A stretch of 24,488 bases of DNA from a virus (lineage: Duplodnaviria; Caudoviricetes). The notes under the pieces are model-generated. The model searched no databases. It saw nothing but the letters and a program-made list of their open reading frames with translations, and had not been told where the DNA came from. Location of the stretch: IMG/VR virus record IMGVR_UViG_3300038673_000927, positions 1 through 24,488 of that record; one strand, 5' to 3'. Below, piece after piece: positions 1 through 6,950 of this stretch (position 1 is its first letter; each line of letters opens with the position of its first letter). The position numbers and the translations under genes were made by a program.

Positions 1-54
1 TTTAAATTTTTTAAAATAAGTTTTATGTCTTATATTTTCATACATATAGCAATC

Positions 55-178
55 TGCGTATTCCGGGTCATTCCGCCACCCGATTCCGTTTGAAAGCGCC
101 ACCTGATTCCGTTTCATTCCGCCACCCAAATCCGGTGGAAGCCGCCACCTGATTCCGGGCCATTCCGCCACCCCCTGG
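55..178 (+). repeat. IS21 left end: terminal IR plus ~5 internal direct repeats (TTCCGCCACCnGATTCCG-like, ~23 bp period), transposase-binding sites
   Basis: CGCCACC cores near 74, 97, 120, 143 and 166. Confidence 0.85.
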
Positions 179-250
179 TGGATCTCTAGAGAACGCTGGA
201 TAAATCCAATAAAAGCCGTTAGAGGCCTTCAAAAAAACTGGGAGGCTGAA

Positions 251-1813
251 GTGGCGGCGGAAAGGTTATCCATGCGCACCATCAAAGAAGTTTTACGACT
301 GAAATGGGAGAAAAAGCTCTCCAACAAACAGATTGAACAGAGCTGCAAAATTGCCCGCAGCACGATCAGGGAGTACCTGGTACGTGCCGAGCGTGCCGGT
401 TTAAATTGGCCAGAGGTGTCTGATCTCGATGACGGCCGTCTGGAAGCCCTGTTGTTTTCACCCTCCGTTCCTGCAGAGTGTTCCGAGAAGCGGAATCTTC
501 CCGACATGGAATATCTCCGTAAGGAGCTGACCCGCAAAGGGGTGACCCTCCGGCTGCTGTGGCTGGAATACAGGCAGGTCAACCCGGATGGCTATCAATA
601 CAGCCAGTTCTGTTACCATTACCACCAGTGGTGCAACAAGCTGGATGTCTGCCTTCGCCAGACCCACCGGGCGGGAGAAAAACTCTTTCTTGATTACGCC
701 GGCCAGACGATTCCGGTTACTGATCCGTTGACAGGAGAAACCATAGACGCCTATCTCTTTATTGCCACCCTCGGCGCCAGCAACTATACCTTTGCCTGGG
801 CAAGTATTTCCCAGGATCTCCCCTCCTGGATCGACGCCAATGTCCGGGCGCTCAATTTCTTTGGGGGCGTACCGGAGATTCTCGTTCCCGACAACCTGAA
901 AACCGGCGTAACCAAAGCCTGCTATTATGAACCGGACATCAACCCGACCTATTACAAAATGGCTTGCCACTACAATACGGTCATTATCCCCGCCCGGATC
1001 GTCAAGCCCAAGGACAAGGCCAAGGTGGAGTCGGCCGTTCTCATAGCGGAACGGTGGATCCTGGCGGCGCTTCGGAATCACACCTTCTTCAGCATCGGCG
1101 AGCTGAACAACGCCATCGCCGAAAAGCTGGAGGATCTCAACAACCGCACGTTCCAGAAGATGAACGGCACCCGGAGAAGTCTTTACGAAACTCTTGACCG
1201 TCCGGCCCTGAAGCCCCTTCCTGCCAGTCCCTATGTCTATGCCGAATGCAAGAAGGTTCGGGTGAACATTGACTACCATGTCGCGATTGACGGTCACTAT
1301 TACAGCGTCCCCTATCAGCTTGTAAAAGAACAGGTGGAGGCGTGGCTGACGGCAACCACGGTGGAGATCTTGTTCAAAAACCGCCGCGTCGCCAGCCATG
1401 CGAGAAGCAGCGAAAAATGTCAACACACCACGCTGACGGAACATATGCCCAAGGCCCATCAGAAATATCTGGAATGGACCCCTTCCCGGATCATGGACTG
1501 GGCAGGCAAAAACGGTCCCAATACCCGGCAGATCGTTTCCTGCATCATGGAGAGCCGCAGGCATCCCCAGCAGGGGTTCCGCTCCTGCCTGGGCATCATG
1601 CGACTGGCAAAACGTTACTCTCCAGAACGGCTGGAAGCCGCCTGCGGCCGCGCCCTTCTTCTGAAAGCCTACAGCTACAAGAGCATCGAATCCATCCTGA
1701 AAACCAACCTCGATGCCCAGGAGCTGCCGGAATCATCACCGGAGAAGAAGATCATCCATGACAATATCCGGGGGCAGGAATATTACCGACAGGAGGAGTC
1801 CGCTCATGCTTAA
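251..1813 (+). CDS. istA: IS21-family DDE transposase IstA
   Basis: N-terminal HTH (MRTIKEVLRL), GYQYSQFC, GEKLFLDYAG, LVPDNLKTGV, PKDKAKVE; GTG start after GGAGG. Confidence 0.96.
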   Translation: MAAERLSMRTIKEVLRLKWEKKLSNKQIEQSCKIARSTIREYLVRAERAGLNWPEVSDLDDGRLEALLFSPSVPAECSEKRNLPDMEYLRKELTRKGVTLRLLWLEYRQVNPDGYQYSQFCYHYHQWCNKLDVCLRQTHRAGEKLFLDYAGQTIPVTDPLTGETIDAYLFIATLGASNYTFAWASISQDLPSWIDANVRALNFFGGVPEILVPDNLKTGVTKACYYEPDINPTYYKMACHYNTVIIPARIVKPKDKAKVESAVLIAERWILAALRNHTFFSIGELNNAIAEKLEDLNNRTFQKMNGTRRSLYETLDRPALKPLPASPYVYAECKKVRVNIDYHVAIDGHYYSVPYQLVKEQVEAWLTATTVEILFKNRRVASHARSSEKCQHTTLTEHMPKAHQKYLEWTPSRIMDWAGKNGPNTRQIVSCIMESRRHPQQGFRSCLGIMRLAKRYSPERLEAACGRALLLKAYSYKSIESILKTNLDAQELPESSPEKKIIHDNIRGQEYYRQEESAHA

Positions 1814-2549
1814 TCAACAGACCCTGAACAAACTTTATGAACTGAAGCTGACGGGAATGGCGGAGGCCTTTGCCGATCAGCTCAATCAGCCAGATATGGA
1901 CAAACTCTCCTTTGCGGAACGTTTCGGCCTCATCGTGGATCGCCAATGGACCTGGAAGGAAAACAACCGCATGGACCGGTATCTGAAAAATGCCAGGTTG
2001 AAACTCAATGCCTGTGTGGAGGACATCGACTACAAAACCCCGCGGGGAATCGATCAGTCCGTATTCATGAGCCTCATCTCCTGTGATTGGGTGAGGCGTC
2101 ATCATAACATCATTCTCACAGGCCCCACCGGATCGGGAAAAACCTTCCTTGCCTGCGCCTTGACCAACAAGGCCTGCCGGGAAGGATACCGGGCCTTCTA
2201 CATCCGCTCTCCCAAGTTCTCCTATCAGATGGCCCTGTCCCGGGGAGATGGAAGTTACGGAAAAACGATCAATAAACTCGCCAAGGCTCATGTCCTGGTG
2301 ATTGATGATCTCGGTCTGGCGCCCATGACGGACTCCGAACGAAGAGACCTCCTGGAGGTCGTCGAGGAAAGACATGGTCATGCCTCCACGATTGTCACCA
2401 GTCAACTCCCCATGCATTTATGGCACGAACAAATCGGCGATCCCACCATTGCCGACGCCATCCTCGACCGGCTGATCCATAATGCCCATAAGATCAATCT
2501 GTCGATGAAGGGGGAATCGATGAGGAAAAAATATGCCGGCTTGACCTGA
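1806..2549 (+). CDS. istB: IS21-family AAA+ ATPase helper IstB
   Basis: Walker A GPTGSGKT, Walker B VLVIDDLG, TIVTSQLP, ADAILDRL. ATG 1806 follows AGGAGGAG and overlaps the istA stop; preferred over the 1713 start. Confidence 0.96.
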   Translation: MLNQQTLNKLYELKLTGMAEAFADQLNQPDMDKLSFAERFGLIVDRQWTWKENNRMDRYLKNARLKLNACVEDIDYKTPRGIDQSVFMSLISCDWVRRHHNIILTGPTGSGKTFLACALTNKACREGYRAFYIRSPKFSYQMALSRGDGSYGKTINKLAKAHVLVIDDLGLAPMTDSERRDLLEVVEERHGHASTIVTSQLPMHLWHEQIGDPTIADAILDRLIHNAHKINLSMKGESMRKKYAGLT

Positions 2550-2599
2550 AGAATCTTCTATGTAAAAGAGCTGAAAATCCAGCGTCGCTACGCTCCGAC

Positions 2600-2697
2600 C
2601 AGGGGTGGCGGATTCAACCGGAACACCATGGCGCTTTGAATCGGATCAGGGTGGCGGATTCCTCCGGAATCGAGTGGCGAAATCAGCGGAATAGGCA
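2600..2697 (-). repeat. IS21 right end: inverted copies of the internal repeats plus terminal IR
   Basis: GGTGGCGGATT / GTGGCGAAAT motifs near 2604, 2650 and 2674, ending CGGAATAGGCA. Confidence 0.85.
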
Positions 2698-3359
2698 GTT
2701 ATTCTAAAGATATGCAAACAAGAAATATGCAGGCTATAACATGGGAAAGAAACGGCATTTATAATTATCTGACTTCTGGACAATATACGAATACTTTCGC
2801 CAGGGCTATTAATGATATAGGCCAAATTGTTGGCACAGGTGAAGCCACAAGAAAAAGTGGCTTATTTTGGGAAAGCTCAAATGCTAATCCCACTGAAATT
2901 TCTGCTCCATCAAATTGGACGGAAATTGTCCCATTGGCAATTAACAAGAGTGGGCAAGTTGTTGGATATGGAAGGGGTTCTTTTTGGGGCCATGCCTTTT
3001 TATATTCAAACGGTGAATTTACCGACCTGAATGTAAGTGATTGGGAAAACAGTTTCGCAATGGACATCAATGACAACGGCGAAATTTTATTACAAGTAAA
3101 ACTCTTTGGTGAAAGCGAATACCGGTACTATATTTGGAGAGATGGAATTGCTTCAGAGGTTATAACCCCTTACAGGATAATGAATATTTCAGAAATAAAC
3201 AATCTTGGTGAATTCATTGGGGAATGCTATTATCCAACAGAATCTGGAACAAGAACATATGCTTTCTTGGCAACTACTGTCCCAGAACCCGCTACGATGC
3301 TGCTTGTTGGATCCGGTTTGCTGGGATTGGCAGGATTCAGGAGAAAGTTTCTGGCGTAA
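2698..3359 (+). pseudogene. PEP-CTERM sorting-domain protein with HAF-type extracellular repeats, probably 5'-truncated at the IS21 end (longest ATG ORF 2712-3359)
   Basis: C-terminal VPEPATMLLVGSGLLGLAGFRRK; repeats ARAINDIGQIVG, LAINKSGQVVG..GHAFLY, AMDINDNGEI, EINNLGEFIG. No signal peptide, and the frame is open back to the IS end (..YSKDMQ). Confidence 0.8.
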
Positions 3360-3385
3360 TGAAGCCCATGATTGTTAAATAAATG

Positions 3386-3458
3386 TTTACAAATTATTAA
3401 GTGGTATGTATATAATGAAAAACCGGAAATAGCGAAGTTCGGATATTAATTGTTATGT
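3386..3458 (+). other. Putative attI-like recombination site / cassette promoter, copy 1 (crossover G|TT at 3452/3453)
   Basis: Similar to 4381-4449 (core 27/31 identical), with similarity stopping right after GTT. Contains TTTACA (3386) and TATAAT (3411), though the spacing is 19 bp. Confidence 0.6.
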
Positions 3459-3467
3459 TCTAAGGTC

Positions 3468-4049
3468 ATGAAACTAAGAGATTTCTTCAGATCGAGAAAG
3501 AAGAAAACAACTTCCGCAATCTTGCAGATTTTGAGTGGAAAAGAGATCCCGTGGGACCATCCGAATGTCGTCCATTTGGCATCTGAAATTGTTAGCGAAT
3601 TTGGGGCTGTATTAGAAAAAACCTCCAAGCTAATTCTCGGATTATCCGAAGAACATCTTCCTTATTCCAGAGATGAGATACAAAAAGCAATTGAACTCTT
3701 ACTTAGATTCCTAAATAACCAAAGCTCATGGAATAATTTGAAAGAAAAATATCCTGATCTTGCCAATACCATTATAACAAATGAGTTTTACGGAGCGCTG
3801 AGAGTTGGTTATATTGAACTGGCTAAATTCATACCAGATGGGGAAGCAGATATTTGTGAAAAAGCAGCAATGCTATTGAGCGAGCCAGAAAAACGGGGAA
3901 AATCTATAGAAGATATTGCAAAAGAAATTAACACACCTTGGTTTGAAAGGGTCATTCAAATCAATCGGAGAATAGCAGAGGATAGCGCTCTCCTTTTACG
4001 GGACTTACAGGAAAAGTACGGAAAAGAAGATTTACTTTTTAAAGAATAA
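3468..4049 (+). CDS. Hypothetical protein (193 aa, probably alpha-helical), putative integron gene cassette 1
   Basis: AT-rich ORF; ATG 3468 after AAGG, 16 bp after GTTATGT; no recognisable family. Confidence 0.75.
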   Translation: MKLRDFFRSRKKKTTSAILQILSGKEIPWDHPNVVHLASEIVSEFGAVLEKTSKLILGLSEEHLPYSRDEIQKAIELLLRFLNNQSSWNNLKEKYPDLANTIITNEFYGALRVGYIELAKFIPDGEADICEKAAMLLSEPEKRGKSIEDIAKEINTPWFERVIQINRRIAEDSALLLRDLQEKYGKEDLLFKE

Positions 4050-4062
4050 TTTCTTGCTTATA

Positions 4063-4140
4063 ATCGGCATAGGGGTCGGCCATAAAAGGCCGCGCCCCTG
4101 CCACACCACCCTGTTTGCGGGTCCGCACTAGGCGGATCAC
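4063..4140 (-). mobile_element. Group IIC intron 3' remnant (domains V and VI only, degenerate), IIC-attC-like
   Basis: Minus strand reads GATCCGCCTAGTGCGGACCCGCAAACAGGGTGGTGT-GGCAGGGGCGCGGCCTTTTATGGCCGACCCCTATGCCGAT: short IIC-type DV with CGC triad, then a DVI stem with bulged A and the ...CCCCTATGCCGAT end. No RT ORF nearby. Confidence 0.8.
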
Positions 4141-4380
4141 CAAAGTTAGTGGACTGCATCAATTTTGAAAATCATCCTTAGCGCCCTTTCGTTCGGCAAT
4201 TCTTAATATCAAGTCTTATCAAAATGTTGAATCGTACACGGATTCCGCACTTTCCAGTGCTAAACATTTTTTAAAAAATCGTTCCGACTGTATTAATCAA
4301 GTTCTTCCTGAAAACAGTTAATTGTAAATATTAATCAAATTGCTTGGCTATTTGTTTGTATTTATTGAATATAAAGCTCT

Positions 4381-4453
4381 ATTTCAAATTTTTAAATTTG
4401 GTTTGTAATAAGAAATAATCGGAAAAAGCGAAATTGGGAATTAATTGTTCGAT
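4381..4453 (+). other. Putative attI-like recombination site, copy 2 (crossover G|TT at 4447/4448)
   Basis: Diverged repeat of 3386-3454; ends ATTAATT-GTTCGAT, and GTTCGAT is complementary to ATCGAAC at 5475. Confidence 0.65.
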
Positions 4454-4491
4454 CGAGATCTATTCCGGTAATAATAGGTGGAAAGGCGTCA

Positions 4492-5454
4492 ATGAAAAGT
4501 AACAGATTTATTCTTCTTACAGGGGCAGGTTTTTCTGCCAATTTCGGAACCCCTCTAGCCACTGAGTTGTGGGCCACTATCATGAATCACTCATCTATCC
4601 AAAGGGAACCAAGGGTCCGAGAAGCTGTCCTTTCCGATTTTGATTTCGAGTCCATTTATCACAGCATAATGTCGGGAGATTACACTACTGAAGAAAAAGA
4701 GGCTATGGCCAGAGGGGTGGCGGATGCATATGCATATATCGACGAAATCGTGAAGAAGTGTAAGTCACGTTATCCTATCTCAGCTTCCAATGTTCAGAGA
4801 TTGATCAACAGATTCGCGGGAACCAGTGCTTCGCCAGGCTTCTTTTTTACTTTGAATCAAGACCTTCTTGTCGAGCGACACTTCCGCACAGAGGGACACC
4901 TTCATCTGCCAGGAATTCCTGTTATGGATATCGGATTGAGCGGGATCAGAGGCCCAAACTCCGTGGTGTTACCTGGTCCTAAGGCATCTCAGGAAAGCAC
5001 CCTTTTCCAGAGTGAGAAATTCTTTTATCTGAAACTACATGGGTCTTCAAACTGGCTGAGCGCAGATGGGGCAAACCGAATGGTCATCGGACAAGAAAAG
5101 GCGGCGCAGATACAAAAGGAACCGCTTCTTTCAAAATACTTTGAGACTTTCACAGAGGTTCTCGCGAAAGAAGATCATCGTCTGCTCGTAATAGGTTACA
5201 GTTTCAGAGACTCTCATGTGAATAGAATCATTGCTAATGCTGTCAAGGAGCATGGGCTCCGTGTGTTTGTAATGTCACCTGAGCCTCCCGTCGATCTTCA
5301 TAAACGTCTAGATCTTGATGAGTCAGGAAGACAGATTTGGGAGGGACTTGGAGGTTATTTCCCTTGGGCGCTTTCGACAGTTTTCCCTGAAGACCAATCA
5401 GATACTTCAGAATGGGGCCTTGTAAAGAAACATTATTTCGAAGGGTCGAAGTGA
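4492..5454 (+). CDS. SIR2-family (SIR2_2-like) protein, probable NADase anti-phage effector; putative integron gene cassette 2
   Basis: ILLTGAGFS..FGTP, FFTLNQDLLVE, YLKLHGSSNW and LLVIGYSFRDSHVN motifs; RBS GGAAAGG. Confidence 0.88.
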   Translation: MKSNRFILLTGAGFSANFGTPLATELWATIMNHSSIQREPRVREAVLSDFDFESIYHSIMSGDYTTEEKEAMARGVADAYAYIDEIVKKCKSRYPISASNVQRLINRFAGTSASPGFFFTLNQDLLVERHFRTEGHLHLPGIPVMDIGLSGIRGPNSVVLPGPKASQESTLFQSEKFFYLKLHGSSNWLSADGANRMVIGQEKAAQIQKEPLLSKYFETFTEVLAKEDHRLLVIGYSFRDSHVNRIIANAVKEHGLRVFVMSPEPPVDLHKRLDLDESGRQIWEGLGGYFPWALSTVFPEDQSDTSEWGLVKKHYFEGSK

Positions 5455-5474
5455 AGGTTAATTTCGAACAACAG

Positions 5475-5542
5475 ATCGAACAGGTTGCTGCAGCTGATAT
5501 GGCAGAAGAGTGCCGCCACGCAGGTGAGCATCATCTTTTATC
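5475..5542 (+). other. attC-like site with degenerate R' box
   Basis: R'' ATCGAAC (5475-5481), 5-nt spacer, L'' GCTGCAGC, central GGCA-GAAGAG-TGCC hairpin, L' GGTGAGC (5523-5529), 6-nt spacer, then TTTTATC where GTTRRRY is expected. GCT(G)CAGCTG pairs with CAGGTGAGC at 8/9 positions with one extrahelical base. Confidence 0.7.
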
Positions 5543-5630
5543 AATCATTTCAGTCGTAAATCTTCACAATATTTAACTCACCAGTTCATTGCTTTGTAGA
5601 TGAAACCTTCTTTGCGTCGATATCATTATG

Positions 5631-6950
5631 TTACAGAAAATTGATGAAATCGATCTCGTAATGAAAGGTATGTCCCGGATGGGCATAGGCGTGAATCTGA
5701 ACTTTTGTAATATAATTCCCAAGATCATGAGCCGTCAAATCAATTGGGGTCAGACCGTCATTCTCATATGTCCCGCTGGTTGGAGTAATCTTTAAGAATT
5801 GCAAGGTATAACCATTCTCCGTTTCTCCGATCAGCGTGATGGACGCGCCATGTGAATGAAAAAGGGTCGTGTCATACGAACTGGAAATTTTGATAAATAA
5901 CTGCTTTTTTGTGATGGGAATTGCCACCCCCTCAATGGCGATCAATGTGATGAGGGTCTTTGAACCGGCGGAAAAATCCAGGCACAGCCTCCCGTACTTC
6001 GGATCTTCCGGATCCGTGGGGAGCGTATAGCCCTCTTCAATGCCGGTGATCACCCAGGGATTGTCAGTCGTAATCAGAGGGCCGTTCCAAGGCTCCCAGT
6101 AGCAACCCCGCGGGTGATCGACAAAGCCGATGACCTTCGGGTGATCCCAACTCTGCCCTTCGAATTGGACGACGACATGATCCCCCACGAGAAAGGCCAC
6201 GTCGTTGCACTCCATGTAGACCATGGGAACATTCTGCAGGAAGGAGGCGGCATTGACATCCAGATCCTTTATACTGCTGGCCGATTCGTCAAGGGCTACA
6301 TCGCAGAGCACCCCGTCCTTGGCGGTGATGTAACCGGTTCGGTAGGTCGGTTTCCATTTCTGCCATCCAGGAAGAAGCGCCCAGTTGTAAAAGGTCCCCG
6401 CAGGCGTCCCCGCGATGGCCGGTTCAATAATCCCGTCCCTCGATGCACTGTAGGCGGCGCTGTTGTTGTAGCCCGGCTGGATCACAACAATTGCCCGCTC
6501 TCCGGGGATTTCGACGGTCCCGACTGCCCCTTTCAGGTTCCGGGAAAGATCCGCGCACCAGGCTTCCACCGTCTCATCCGCCGGCATGTTGTCGTTGAGA
6601 TAATCGATCTTTTTCTGAACGGAGGTCTTAATGAGTTCCAGGGCGGCTTTTCTTGCCTTCTTGGCGCTGCGCTCCTGGATCTTCCGGGTGAGCTCGTTGT
6701 TCTTCTGCTCGATTACCTTCTTGTTCCCCTCCCTGTCCTGTTCGGTGAGGGTCTGCGCCTCCAGTTTGAGAAAGGCGATCTCCAATTCCAGATCGAGGAT
6801 CTCCGACTCAAGGGCGGCGATCTGTTCCGTAATAAGAGTTATTTGTTGATTGTAAGCGGCGATGCGGTTCGTGATCCGATCCCGGGCAAAGAGGAGCCTC
6901 ACCTGGTACCTGCCGTCCGTTCCGCCGCTGAGGATTTGTCCCTTGCCCAT
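5631..6950 (-). CDS. Phage tail-tip-associated protein with N-terminal coiled coil and an AT-richer C-terminal domain
   Basis: Last gene of the tail operon, directly abutting the upstream stop; heptad-rich region at aa ~25-120. Confidence 0.65.
   Translation of the reverse strand: MGKGQILSGGTDGRYQVRLLFARDRITNRIAAYNQQITLITEQIAALESEILDLELEIAFLKLEAQTLTEQDREGNKKVIEQKNNELTRKIQERSAKKARKAALELIKTSVQKKIDYLNDNMPADETVEAWCADLSRNLKGAVGTVEIPGERAIVVIQPGYNNSAAYSASRDGIIEPAIAGTPAGTFYNWALLPGWQKWKPTYRTGYITAKDGVLCDVALDESASSIKDLDVNAASFLQNVPMVYMECNDVAFLVGDHVVVQFEGQSWDHPKVIGFVDHPRGCYWEPWNGPLITTDNPWVITGIEEGYTLPTDPEDPKYGRLCLDFSAGSKTLITLIAIEGVAIPITKKQLFIKISSSYDTTLFHSHGASITLIGETENGYTLQFLKITPTSGTYENDGLTPIDLTAHDLGNYITKVQIHAYAHPGHTFHYEIDFINFL

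Larger units (their letters stand above)
55..2697 (+). mobile_element. IS21-family insertion sequence (~2.64 kb)
   Basis: Starts TGCGTATTCCG (55) and ends CGGAATAGGCA (2697; reverse complement TGCCTATTCCG). Encloses istA and istB. Multiple internal CGCCACC-type repeats at both ends, typical of IS21. Confidence 0.95.

Noticed and set aside
55-178. Regularly spaced repeats resembling a mini-CRISPR
   Set aside because: Period is ~23 bp with no unique spacers, and the repeats are mirrored at the other IS end; these are IS21 transposase-binding repeats.
1713-1805. N-terminal extension of IstB or an IstA-IstB frameshift fusion
   Set aside because: A strong RBS and ATG at 1806 explain istB; the extension is low-complexity shadow of istA.
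2712-3385. PEP-CTERM gene as an integron cassette
   Set aside because: No attC-like structure after its stop, and its 5' boundary is lost at the IS end.
4241-4250. GTGCG on the minus strand as the 5' end of the group II intron
   Set aside because: A 5-mer can occur by chance; it is not followed by the remainder of an attC and no domain I structure is evident.
4392-4583. 63-aa minus-strand ORF
   Set aside because: Overlaps the SIR2 start and attI-like copy 2; no coding support.
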